This document shows positions 15,162 to 24,491 of a DNA stretch of 64,000 nt, one piece after another. Source of the DNA: Hyalangium minutum (lineage in GTDB: Bacteria > Myxococcota > Myxococcia > Myxococcales > Myxococcaceae); contig NZ_JMCB01000031.1 in the NCBI RefSeq assembly GCF_000737315.1, positions 20,808 to 84,807 of the forward strand. Direction: 5' to 3'. Position 1 is the stretch's first letter; every line of letters starts with the position of its first letter. The notes under the pieces are model-generated. The model saw nothing but the letters and a program-made list of their open reading frames with translations. It did not search any database and was not told the origin of the DNA. The position numbers and the translations under genes are program-made.

Positions 15162-17816
15162 GTGGAAGTGACCGCTGATCCATTCCTCGAGCTGATCTCA
15201 GAGGCATGTGCGTCGCACCCTGGCTTCCAGGACGGTTGGCAGCTCCACCCCCCGTCGCGCGGGTGGATCCGAGTCACCCCCCTCCACTCGACGCTCCCGA
15301 AACAGGGGTGGAAGCTGCACCTCACCGCGGGAGAGCAGTCCTCCCGGCAGATTCTCACCCAGGCCCTTCCCGTGTTGCTGGAGGAGCAGGCCGCGTTCAA
15401 GGTGGCCGCTTCGCAGCAAGTGCTGGGAGATCTCAACGAAGGACGGAGCGGGCTGAGCCAGGTCGGTAAGTTCCTGACCATCTACCCACGGGATGAGGCA
15501 CACGCGGTGCGCCTGGCCACCCGGCTCGACGAGGCGACGCGCGGCCTGTCAGGTCCCCAGATACCTTCTGATCGGCAGCTGCGCCCGGGAAGCTGCGTCT
15601 TCTACCGCTACGGCAGCTTCAGCGGCCGCCACATGCAGCTGCCCATCGGCGAGCTGGTGGAGATCCTCGAGGCGCCCGATGGGCAGCTCTTCCCAGACAA
15701 GCGGGAGTCGGTCTACCGCGCGCCTCCCCCCTGGGTGAGAGACCCCTTCACCACGGGGCCCGGGCCCGCCGAGCCCCCCAAGGCTGCCCCCGGCGTCATC
15801 GCGGGACACTACGCGACGGTGGCCAGCATCCACCGCTCGGCCCGCAGCCAGGTCTTCCTCGCCATTGATCTCAAGGAGATGCGCAAGTGCGTGCTCAAGC
15901 AGGTGAAGCGCGCCGCGGGAGACGGTGACGCGGGCCGCCGGCGCCTGCACCACGAGATGGAGGTGCTGACCGCCCTGGCTCCGTCCCCCTGGTTTCCCAC
16001 GCCCTACCAGTTCGTCGAGGACGAGACGTCCGCTTACCTCGCCATGGAGGACATTGAGGGCGACACGCTCTCCGCTCACATCCAGAAGCTCTCGGCGCGC
16101 GGCTGCTTCGCCTCGGAGGCGCAGTTGGTGTCCTGGGGGAGCCAGCTCGCCGAAGCCCTGGGGAGCATGCATGAGCGAGGGCTCGTCTTCAGCGATTTGA
16201 AGTCCGCCAACGTGCTGGTCCCCCCGCAGGGAAAGCTCCGCCTCATTGATCTGGAGCTGGCCCATGGCGCCTCGCTGCCGCGCGTGGAGGGGGCCGGAAA
16301 GGGAACGCACGGCTACATGACGCCGGCACAGGCCTCTGGGCAGCCATCCACCGCTGCGGATGACATCTACGCCCTCGGCGCCCTGCTCTACTTCGCCGCC
16401 ACGGGCGCGGAGCCCTCGCACGCCCCCAGCGGCTCGCTGCTCGTCCGGCCTCTCTCCCGGCTCAACCCCTCGCTCTCTCCCGCGCTCGAAGCCCTCATCA
16501 CACGGTGCCTGGCGCCGGAGCACGCGCCCCAGTCGATGCGAGAGGTGGCCCAGGCGCTCGCACAGATGGGGACGCCCTCCACCACGGCCCAGCTCACGCC
16601 CGCGGACCGCGCTCCCTCCGCCGCACCTCCCGGGGACCTCTACCGCACCCAGGCGCTGCGGCTGGGAGACACGCTCGTCCATACCGCCCAGCGCGATCCC
16701 TCCACCGGAGCCGTCTTCTGGAATCATGGGCACCCGCTGAACGGGGGCCTCCCCTCGCGGGACATCAACCTGGGGAGCGCGGGCATCCTCCTGGCCCTGT
16801 CGGCCCTGGTCTCCACGTTCCAGAAGCCCTCCCACCGCGCAACGCTGGCCGAGGCAGCCGCGTGGCTGGCGAAGGCGCCGAGGCCCGAAGGCCCACCGAA
16901 CCCGGGGCTCTATGTGGGCGAGGCGGGCGTGGGGCTGGCGCTCCTGCGCGCTGGGCGCACGCTGGAGGACGAGGGGCTGGTGCAGGCGGCGCTCGAGCGG
17001 GCCCGCGCCGTGGCCCCCCTCCCCTTTGCCTCACCGGACGTGTTCAACGGCACGGCCGGACGCGTGCGCTTCCACCTCGAGGTGTGGCGGGAGCTGGACA
17101 GTGCCGAGAACCTCCAGGCCGCGCTCACGGCCGGAACCTCCCTGCTGTACAGCGCGCAGCGCTCGGAGGCGGGAGAGCTCAAGTGGGCCATCCCTCCTGG
17201 CTATGAGGGACTGAGCGGCAACATCCAGCTGGGCTACGCCCACGGGGCCGCCGGCATTGCCGACACCCTGCTGGACCTCTATGAGGCGACGCGCGAGCAG
17301 CGCTTCCTCGAGGCCGCCTGCGGAGCCGGGCGCTGGCTGCTCGCCCAGGCAGCCCCCGCGCTGGAGGACGGCAGCGGCCTGTGCTGGCCCTCGCAAGCGG
17401 GCGCCGCGCCGCATGCCGCGTTCTGGTGTCACGGCTCGGCCGGAGTGGGGAAGTTCTTCCTGCACGCCGCTCGGCTGGAGGCGCTCCCGGAAGCCGCCAC
17501 CGTCGTGGAGCGCTGCTTCAAGACCGTGGCCCGAGGCACCCGCTGGGCCAACCCCGTCCAGTGCCACGGGCTGTCCGGCAACCTCGAGTTCCTCCTGGAC
17601 GTGTACCAGGCCACGCGCAAGCCCGAGCACCTCGAGGCGGTGCAGGAGCTCGTGGGACTCCTACAGGCGTTCGCCGTGGAGAAGGAAGGCCACCTCTACT
17701 GGCCGGCGGAGAACCCGTTCCTGCTGAGCCCCTCCTATATGGTGGGCTACGCGGGAGTCGCGGCGTGCCTGCTGCGCCTCGCGGAGCCCGAACAGCGCGC
17801 CTCCCTGCTGCGCTGA
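15162..17816 (+). CDS. lanL: Class IV lanthipeptide synthetase (LanL-type: lyase-kinase-LanC-like cyclase)
   Basis: Lyase motifs QGWKLHL, GKFLTIYP, YRYGSF; kinase motifs DLKSANV, LIDLELA, GTHGYM; cyclase motifs GYAHG, WCHG, QCHG (Zn ligands present). Confidence 0.9.
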   Translation: MEVTADPFLELISEACASHPGFQDGWQLHPPSRGWIRVTPLHSTLPKQGWKLHLTAGEQSSRQILTQALPVLLEEQAAFKVAASQQVLGDLNEGRSGLSQVGKFLTIYPRDEAHAVRLATRLDEATRGLSGPQIPSDRQLRPGSCVFYRYGSFSGRHMQLPIGELVEILEAPDGQLFPDKRESVYRAPPPWVRDPFTTGPGPAEPPKAAPGVIAGHYATVASIHRSARSQVFLAIDLKEMRKCVLKQVKRAAGDGDAGRRRLHHEMEVLTALAPSPWFPTPYQFVEDETSAYLAMEDIEGDTLSAHIQKLSARGCFASEAQLVSWGSQLAEALGSMHERGLVFSDLKSANVLVPPQGKLRLIDLELAHGASLPRVEGAGKGTHGYMTPAQASGQPSTAADDIYALGALLYFAATGAEPSHAPSGSLLVRPLSRLNPSLSPALEALITRCLAPEHAPQSMREVAQALAQMGTPSTTAQLTPADRAPSAAPPGDLYRTQALRLGDTLVHTAQRDPSTGAVFWNHGHPLNGGLPSRDINLGSAGILLALSALVSTFQKPSHRATLAEAAAWLAKAPRPEGPPNPGLYVGEAGVGLALLRAGRTLEDEGLVQAALERARAVAPLPFASPDVFNGTAGRVRFHLEVWRELDSAENLQAALTAGTSLLYSAQRSEAGELKWAIPPGYEGLSGNIQLGYAHGAAGIADTLLDLYEATREQRFLEAACGAGRWLLAQAAPALEDGSGLCWPSQAGAAPHAAFWCHGSAGVGKFFLHAARLEALPEAATVVERCFKTVARGTRWANPVQCHGLSGNLEFLLDVYQATRKPEHLEAVQELVGLLQAFAVEKEGHLYWPAENPFLLSPSYMVGYAGVAACLLRLAEPEQRASLLR

Positions 17817-17837
17817 GCCGCGCGTGCGCCCGGATGC

Positions 17838-18839
17838 CTAGCCCACCCGGAGAACGGGGGGGACATGCTGGAACGTGGGGGCATCCCGCGTCAGCTCCTC
17901 CTGCAGCGGACGGAGCGCCGCGCCGCGCCGCGCACTCAGCCGGTACAGCTCCAGCACGAGGGCATGCCACAGGGACGGGGTGGCTCCGCGCCCGGCCGAG
18001 AGGAACACGGGGACCTCCGCCAGGAACTCCTCATCCCGCTCCTCCGCCGCCAGCCACCGGAGCCGCAACCACTGGTGGGGACGCGCAAACGGAGCGCACG
18101 CCGACGCGCCGCTCTGGAGATGCGGGCCGAAGCGCTCCAGCCTGCGCCGTGTCTCAGCACCCTCGGGCGCGAGGACCTCGGCCAGAGATTCGAGGACATC
18201 CTCGAACATCATGGCTGCGACGTCCGCTTGCAGGGGAACTGCCGCAGTGGCGCGGAGCGCCGACAGCGGCCAGGCGTTGGCATCCCCCTCGATGTAGGAG
18301 AGCAGCGGGAGCCCCAGCTCCAGCGCCTCATCCAAACGCCCCCGCCGGGCCTCCATGTGGATCAGGTTGCGCACGAGGTGGATGCGCCGCGGTTCGGTGA
18401 ACGTGTGGCCATGCGCCACCTGAAGCGTGTTGGTCGCCTCCAGCGACTTCAGCAGCGCGGCGTGCGCCTCCTCGAAGCGCGCCGTGCGGTAGAGGAGGTA
18501 GGCCTCCCCGGCCTCGTGGAGTGTCGTCACGAGCAGGCGCGCTTCCGGGCTCAGCTCCTCCAGGCCCAGCTCGGCCCGGGCCTCTTGCATGCTCTGCTCG
18601 GCCGCCGTGTTGTCGCCAGCGCGAGAGGCGCGAAGTCCCCGCTCGCGGGGGCCCACACTTCGCCGGATGCGCATGATCTCCTGGGGCGAGAACCGGGCGC
18701 TGGCGAGACGCTGCGCCTCTTCCTCGAACCGCCGCAGCAGCAAGGCCTGGGCCGAACGCGAGTTCACGCTCTTGCCCTGTGTGTAGGCCTGCAGAACCGT
18801 TGGCACCAGCGAGGTGAGTTGCTCAGCGGCGCGAACCAT
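17838..18839 (-). CDS. Hypothetical all-helical (TPR-like) protein convergent on lanL
   Basis: 333 aa from ATG at 18839; helical patterns such as EAYLLYRTARFEEAHAALLKSLE. Confidence 0.65.
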   Translation of the reverse strand: MVRAAEQLTSLVPTVLQAYTQGKSVNSRSAQALLLRRFEEEAQRLASARFSPQEIMRIRRSVGPRERGLRASRAGDNTAAEQSMQEARAELGLEELSPEARLLVTTLHEAGEAYLLYRTARFEEAHAALLKSLEATNTLQVAHGHTFTEPRRIHLVRNLIHMEARRGRLDEALELGLPLLSYIEGDANAWPLSALRATAAVPLQADVAAMMFEDVLESLAEVLAPEGAETRRRLERFGPHLQSGASACAPFARPHQWLRLRWLAAEERDEEFLAEVPVFLSAGRGATPSLWHALVLELYRLSARRGAALRPLQEELTRDAPTFQHVPPVLRVG

Positions 18840-18927
18840 GCAGAGGACTCCCAAAAGCGACGAAGAATGCCCACCTGAGCCTATAAGGAATCTCCTGGGT
18901 GTTGCTACCGGCCGGAGGCCCCGAACC

Positions 18928-19338
18928 ATGGTGGAGCTGCGCGTCTGCATCGACGTCGATGACTTGGACAAGGCGATTGGGTTCTACACGGAGGTGCTCG
19001 GGCTGAAAGTGGGGCGCCGGTTCGGGGACAGTGGCGCGGAGCTGCTCGGAGGCTCGGCCCCCATCGACTTGCTCGCCAAGCCCGCAGGCAGCCAGCCCAG
19101 CCCGAACTCCTTCTCCATGCGCGACTACCGCCGGCACTGGACACCCGTCCACCTGGACTTCGTCGTCACCGACGTGGAGGCCGCCGTGGAGCGGGCCAAG
19201 GCCCAGGGCGCCGTGCTGGAGCACCCCATCAAGGATCAGCCCTGGGGCCGGCTCGCCCTGCTCGCGGACCCGTTCGGACACGGCATCTGCTTCCTGCAGT
19301 TCAAGGGCCGCGGCTACGACGAGCTGGGCGGGAGCTGA
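18928..19338 (+). CDS. VOC/glyoxalase family protein
   Basis: IDVDDLDKAIGFYTEVLG, HLDFVVTDVEAA, ADPFGHGICF. Confidence 0.9.
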   Translation: MVELRVCIDVDDLDKAIGFYTEVLGLKVGRRFGDSGAELLGGSAPIDLLAKPAGSQPSPNSFSMRDYRRHWTPVHLDFVVTDVEAAVERAKAQGAVLEHPIKDQPWGRLALLADPFGHGICFLQFKGRGYDELGGS

Positions 19339-19344
19339 CGCGCG

Positions 19345-21420
19345 TCAGTAGTGGTACTGCGTCTTCTTCGCCCACTCCGTCTTCCCGTACTTGCGCTGCA
19401 GCAGCTGGAAGGCCTGCTTCGACAGAGCGCTGCGGGCCTTGCTCCCTTCCTCATAGGAGGTGCAGAAGGTGCGATCGAAGCGCGTCTGCCGCACGGACTC
19501 GTGCAGGGCCTCCGGCACCAGCGCGTCATCCGGGTGGCGCTTCGCGTAGTCCAGCGTGAACTGGATGAGCAGCTCCGGGGACTCGCCCAGCTTGCCCAGT
19601 GCCTGGCGCTCGGCAAGCACCTCCCGGCGCTCGGCCACGGAGATGAAGCGCGTCCCACAGGAGCCCTTCGACGCGTCGCAATCCTGGTAGAAGTCCGTGG
19701 GCTCTCCGCCGCACCAGCCGGACCCCAAGCAGATGTCGTAATCGAACCCGCCTTGCGTCCGATAGGGGCTCACGTTCGGCGACATCCCCGGCGACTTGAG
19801 CAACACCCACACGGCGGCCATCCTCCGCTCCTCGGGCTTCTCGCGGGCCTTCACCTTCGCCAGCACCTCCTTCAGCTCCGGCGCCACCTGCTCCACCAGC
19901 GGCTCCAGCGCCTTCTCCTCCTCCCAGCGGTCCAGCAGCGCCGCTCGCGCCCAGCCCCCCAGCACCACCTCGCGGCGAAGCTTGGGGTCCAGCGCCGCCA
20001 GCATCTTCGCGTCCTTGAAGCGGGCCACCGGCACCCCCAAGGTGAAGAAGCGGTCCGCCTCCGAGGTCGACAGGTGCGCGTACTTCGCCCACTCCTCGAA
20101 GGTCAGCGCCGCCTGGCGCAGGCCCTCGGACAGGCGCTTGACGGTCAGCGGCGGCAACGTCGTCGCGCCCGACTCCAGCAACGGGAGAAGCTCCGCTCGC
20201 GCCTCGTCGAAGCGGCCCTGGGCGAGCGCCATCCGGCCCCGCGCCGCATGCACTGTCACGTAGGCCGGTGAGTCCTTGGGAATGGAGGCGCTCTGGGCGA
20301 GCAGCTCTGCAAGCTCCGGCTCCTTCCCCGTCGCCTGGCTCAGCGCCGCCACGAGCCAGGGCTGCGAGCGCGTCTTCTTCCACCACTCCACCGCCCGCGC
20401 ATAGCCATCCTTGCCCCGGAACACGTCGAGGAACGACGACAGCTCATCCGTCGACGGAGGTTGCCCTTTCCGGAGTGCGAAGTAGTCGCGCCATGCATAG
20501 CCGAAGTTGTCGTCCGGCTTCTCCAGCAGCACCCGGCCCAGCAGGTTGAGCTGCTTGTCAGGGCGCAGGCGGTAGTCGATGAACCACGTGAGCTGCCGCG
20601 TCTGCCGGTGGAGATCCTTCAACCCAGGGTCCTTCACGATGGCCACGCACCGCTCGCGCGCCCTCTCCAGCAGCACTCGCTTCTCTTCGTCGGCCTGGGC
20701 CACCAGCGTCGCCTGACGGATGACGGCGCGCACCGCCACGAGCCGGGCCCACCCACGCCATGGAGACGCCGCGTCCTTGGCAATCGCATCCAGTTGCCGG
20801 ATCGCCTCCTCGAACTCCCCTGCGTAGAAGAGCGCTGCGGCCGTCTGGTAGGCGCGATCCGTACGCGCCCCGGCCGAGGCGTTCGCGGGAGCAGGCGCTG
20901 GCAGCACCTTCTCCCCTCTTCCACAGTTGGCGAACACCGCGTCCTGCGCCTTCGCCCAGTCGATCACCTCGGGGTGGCTGGCGCCCAGCTTCGCGATGCG
21001 CTCGTCCAGTGACTGGGCGGCCACCTCGAAGGCGCCCGTGAGGCAGTTGAAGAACCATGTGTACTCTCCGAAGGGAGCCTCGGTGGCGATCTCGCCGCGC
21101 TCGGAGGGCACGGGCACCTTGGCGCGGGCGTCCGTCCAGGTTCCCGTGTACACGCCGGGGTAGGAGCTCTCGAGCGGCAGCATGCTCGCCACGAGCTCCT
21201 TCTCCGGCCCTGCCAGGCCGCGCATCAGCAAGAAGCCCACGGTCTGGCACTCCGGCGAGTGCTCCGTCAGATCGCCCAGCTTTCCGGCCATGCAGGCCTG
21301 AAGGTCATCCCTGGGCGAGGGCTCCGAGCAGTCGGGGCCACACGCTTCGCTCGGAGCGGCCCACAGCAAGGGCACGGCCAGGGTGAGCGCCAGCGCCGCA
21401 CGTGCGAAGAAGGACTTCAT
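19345..21420 (-). CDS. Exported helical-repeat hypothetical protein
   Basis: Signal peptide MKSFFARAALAL...SEACGP; AAALFYAGEFEEA; C-terminal WAKKTQYHY; ATGA overlap with the upstream gene. Confidence 0.75.
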   Translation of the reverse strand: MKSFFARAALALTLAVPLLWAAPSEACGPDCSEPSPRDDLQACMAGKLGDLTEHSPECQTVGFLLMRGLAGPEKELVASMLPLESSYPGVYTGTWTDARAKVPVPSERGEIATEAPFGEYTWFFNCLTGAFEVAAQSLDERIAKLGASHPEVIDWAKAQDAVFANCGRGEKVLPAPAPANASAGARTDRAYQTAAALFYAGEFEEAIRQLDAIAKDAASPWRGWARLVAVRAVIRQATLVAQADEEKRVLLERARERCVAIVKDPGLKDLHRQTRQLTWFIDYRLRPDKQLNLLGRVLLEKPDDNFGYAWRDYFALRKGQPPSTDELSSFLDVFRGKDGYARAVEWWKKTRSQPWLVAALSQATGKEPELAELLAQSASIPKDSPAYVTVHAARGRMALAQGRFDEARAELLPLLESGATTLPPLTVKRLSEGLRQAALTFEEWAKYAHLSTSEADRFFTLGVPVARFKDAKMLAALDPKLRREVVLGGWARAALLDRWEEEKALEPLVEQVAPELKEVLAKVKAREKPEERRMAAVWVLLKSPGMSPNVSPYRTQGGFDYDICLGSGWCGGEPTDFYQDCDASKGSCGTRFISVAERREVLAERQALGKLGESPELLIQFTLDYAKRHPDDALVPEALHESVRQTRFDRTFCTSYEEGSKARSALSKQAFQLLQRKYGKTEWAKKTQYHY

Positions 21421-22163
21421 GGTGACTTCTCCCGGAGCTGCTGCAGGTCCTGGGCAGTCCAGGACCGGGGGTTGAACCAATACCTGCGGCGTCCGGAGGG
21501 CAACGAAGGCTGGGGCTCATCCACCACGAAGCCCACGCTCTCCCGGCACCGAGCGCCGTTGAAATCTCCTCGCCGCGCCAGCTCCGCGCGCACCTGCTGC
21601 GAGTCCACGCCCATGCGGAACACCATGGGCACCACCTCGTCCACCGGCAGCCCGTCGAGCCAGCCGTCGTCCAGACACCACGATGCCAGCGCCGTCATCG
21701 ACAGACGCAGGGTTGCGGGCAGAGCGGCCCGAAGGTCCTGGAGCAGCGCGCGGTAGAAGGGGCGCTCGGAGGCGCGGGCGTCGTAGTCCACCTGCACAGC
21801 GTCCGGGGCCTGCTGCTGCACCTGATCGGAGATGAGCTTCACGAGCCTGGCGCGCTGGGCCTCGCTGGGCGCAGTGCCACGTGCCACCTCGATGCGCATC
21901 ACCGCCAGCCGGTACGTGCCCGGAGGCACCACGAGGGGCTGGCGGCGGCGGTAGGCCTGCACGCCCTCTCCGGAGAGCTGGAGAGTGACCGCATGGAAGG
22001 CGACGCCCTCTCGCGCCGGGTCGATGAAGTCGAGCCGCTCGGGGCGCTCCCAGGCCCACAGAAACACGGGCGGGGGCTCCGCCGCGCTCGCGGGCACGGC
22101 CAGGAGCAGCAGCCCCAGCGACAGGGCACGAAACCTCCGGGCACACCGAGGGGAGGAATTCAT
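21417..22163 (-). CDS. DUF3142-family exported protein (GH18-like barrel remnant)
   Basis: LWAWERPE, VQVDYDARASERPFYRALL, LSMTALASWC, VDEVVPMVFRMG. Confidence 0.8.
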   Translation of the reverse strand: MNSSPRCARRFRALSLGLLLLAVPASAAEPPPVFLWAWERPERLDFIDPAREGVAFHAVTLQLSGEGVQAYRRRQPLVVPPGTYRLAVMRIEVARGTAPSEAQRARLVKLISDQVQQQAPDAVQVDYDARASERPFYRALLQDLRAALPATLRLSMTALASWCLDDGWLDGLPVDEVVPMVFRMGVDSQQVRAELARRGDFNGARCRESVGFVVDEPQPSLPSGRRRYWFNPRSWTAQDLQQLREKSP

Positions 22164-22206
22164 GCCCCCACGATGCCACGTCTCCCTGACCGTGTCGGCC
22201 AGGGAA

Positions 22207-23592
22207 TCAAGCACTCCCTGGGGAGGAGGCCTCGGCCGCGAGCGCCGCCAGCTCATCCTGGAAGGCCACCACCAACCGGTGGGGATCCGGCACCAGCCCC
22301 GCGTCCACGGAGACGCCCACCGTCACCTGGCCCGCGTAGCTGAAGATGCTCACGCCCAGGCTCACCTTGCCTGTCTGGGGCACCCAGAACATCAGCCCCT
22401 CCAGCTTCGTGCCCGCCAGATACACCGGGTGCCGGGGGCCAGGGACGTTGGTCATGACGAGGGAGCCCTTCGACGCCACCACCTCCACCACCGCTTTCTC
22501 CAGCGCCGCCGGGGCCATCCCCGCCATGCCGAGCATGCCGAACGTCAACGCCGCCTCCGGCGAGCGCTTCAGCGCGTCCATGCGCTGCTTGAGCAGCCGG
22601 AGCCTCCGCCGAGGCTCCACCTCCTTCACCGGCAGATCCAGGAACACCAGCCCGAAGCGATTGCCCAGCTCGCGGGGAATGGGCGCATCCAGCGGCCGCA
22701 GGTTCACCGGGACGAAGGCGCGCAAGTCCGCCACCGGCCCTCCCCGCTCCTCCAGGTAGCGCCGCAGCCCGCCCGAGAGCGCCGCGAGCAGCACGTCATT
22801 GACGGTGCTCTCCATGGCGCGGCCGGTGGCCTTCACCTGCTCCAGCGGCAGCGGATCCGACCACACGGCACGCTTCGCCTGGCCCAGCGCTCCCCGAAGC
22901 ACCGTGGGCGGATCCGAGGGCAGCAGCGCCAGCCGCTTCAGCGTGGCCGCGCCCCGGGCCCCCTCGCGCACGAGGTCCCCCACCTGGATGGGCTCGGCAA
23001 TGAGCTCCGCGCTCCGCTTGAGCGCGGCACGGGTGCCCGAGGCCACCGCGCGGGCCCCTCGCAGCAGCTTCATCCAGCTGGGCGCGGGCGGCGCCTCGCG
23101 GGCGGAAGGCTCGGGGGTGAAGTGCTGCTCCGTGCCCTCATCCATGAGCGACAGGAGCACCCGCGCCAGGGAGATGCCATCCGCGAGCGTGTGGTGGATG
23201 CGCACCAGGAGCGCGCCCCCCTTCCCGAAGCCCTCCACGAGGTGCGCTTGCCAGAGTGGGCGCGAGCGCTCCAGCGGCACGCTCATCCACTCGCTCACCA
23301 GCGCCTCCAGCGCCTCGCGGTCTCCCGGCGGCGGCACCTGGAGGTGGCTCACGTGGGCGTCCCAGCGGAACGCCGCGTCTTCCTCCCAGAAGGGAACCCC
23401 GAGCAGGCCCTCGGGAACCACCAGCCGCTGACGGAAGCGGGGGAAGCGGTCCACCAGCCGCTCGCGCAGCACGGCCTCGAGCCGCTCCCAGTCCGGGCGC
23501 TCCTCGAACCAGAGCACCGCGGTGATCATCATCAGGTTGGTGGGCTCCTCCATCCGGAGCCACGCCGCATCCACACTGGCCAGCCGTTCCAT
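22207..23592 (-). CDS. Wax ester/triacylglycerol synthase O-acyltransferase (WS/DGAT)
   Basis: DAAWLRME, RPLWQ, HHTLADG catalytic motif, TVNDV, TNVPGP. Confidence 0.93.
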   Translation of the reverse strand: MERLASVDAAWLRMEEPTNLMMITAVLWFEERPDWERLEAVLRERLVDRFPRFRQRLVVPEGLLGVPFWEEDAAFRWDAHVSHLQVPPPGDREALEALVSEWMSVPLERSRPLWQAHLVEGFGKGGALLVRIHHTLADGISLARVLLSLMDEGTEQHFTPEPSAREAPPAPSWMKLLRGARAVASGTRAALKRSAELIAEPIQVGDLVREGARGAATLKRLALLPSDPPTVLRGALGQAKRAVWSDPLPLEQVKATGRAMESTVNDVLLAALSGGLRRYLEERGGPVADLRAFVPVNLRPLDAPIPRELGNRFGLVFLDLPVKEVEPRRRLRLLKQRMDALKRSPEAALTFGMLGMAGMAPAALEKAVVEVVASKGSLVMTNVPGPRHPVYLAGTKLEGLMFWVPQTGKVSLGVSIFSYAGQVTVGVSVDAGLVPDPHRLVVAFQDELAALAAEASSPGSA

Positions 23593-23671
23593 CGTCACGC
23601 CCCGTCGTACTTCAACGTGGCAGCCACCGTCTCCCGGGAACGAGAGCCCCCTCCGCGGGTCTGCGGACGCC

Positions 23672-24472
23672 CTACGGCTTCTCGGCCTCCTGGGTGTCAC
23701 GGGCCTGGGTGCGCTGGAACTGGAAGGTGCTCTTCGAGGCGTCATCCACCACGAGGGTGAGCATGTCCTGCTCGACGCTGAAGGAGTAGCGCGGGCCCAG
23801 GAACTTCCCCTTGGACAGGCCGATGACGCGATCCACCCCACACACCTTGCCCACGGCCTGCCCGTCCTTCGGCTTGAGCACCACCTTGTCCTTCGCCACA
23901 GCGAAGGAGCCCCACGAGCGCACCTCGAGGAAGTTCCCCTGGCCGACCGCGGAGTCCTCCAGCTTGGTGCGCAGGATGAAGCACCCGGAGGGCGTCACCT
24001 CCAATGTCCGCACGTAGTCGGGACGAGGGTCAGGGTTGAGCCGGGCCGGCGCGCCAGGAGGCTCGGGCTTGAGGGTCGCCGCGACGAGCTCCCAGCGCCC
24101 CACCACCTTCTTGGGAGGCGGACCGTCCGTGGAAAAGCCCTCGCACGGCTCCCGCTTCTCCTTCTCCGGGCTCTTGGGAGCAGGCTCGAAGGCGCGCTGA
24201 CACGTGCCTCCGCACAGGCGCGCCGAGCACTCGCTGTCATCCTCCGCACAGCCGGCCTTCTCGGTGCACGCCCGGAGCCGGCCGAGCGCCTGCTCACAGC
24301 CTTCGCGCAGGCATTGGTCCATGCAGCTCGAGTCAATGCACTCGGAGACACACACCCAGTTGGTGGTTCCACACACACCGCCTCCGAGGGTACGCGGAGA
24401 ACGGCTGGAGGCCTGGGCGCCAGCGGAAGCCACCCAGCCCAGCATCACAAGGACACAGAGCGTACGAGACAC
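23672..24472 (-). CDS. Secreted protein with a Cys-rich N-domain and a lipocalin-like C-domain
   Basis: Signal peptide; about 10 Cys within 60 aa; VVGRWELV...WGSFAV...RYSFSV..LTL pattern. Confidence 0.7.
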   Translation of the reverse strand: MSRTLCVLVMLGWVASAGAQASSRSPRTLGGGVCGTTNWVCVSECIDSSCMDQCLREGCEQALGRLRACTEKAGCAEDDSECSARLCGGTCQRAFEPAPKSPEKEKREPCEGFSTDGPPPKKVVGRWELVAATLKPEPPGAPARLNPDPRPDYVRTLEVTPSGCFILRTKLEDSAVGQGNFLEVRSWGSFAVAKDKVVLKPKDGQAVGKVCGVDRVIGLSKGKFLGPRYSFSVEQDMLTLVVDDASKSTFQFQRTQARDTQEAEKP

Positions 24473-24491
24473 CCGAGGAAGCTAATCCTCC

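Noticed and set aside
18928-19338. VOC protein as the missing methylmalonyl-CoA epimerase
   Set aside because: It lacks the epimerase HIGIAV/metal-ligand pattern and is about 36 kb from the mutase.
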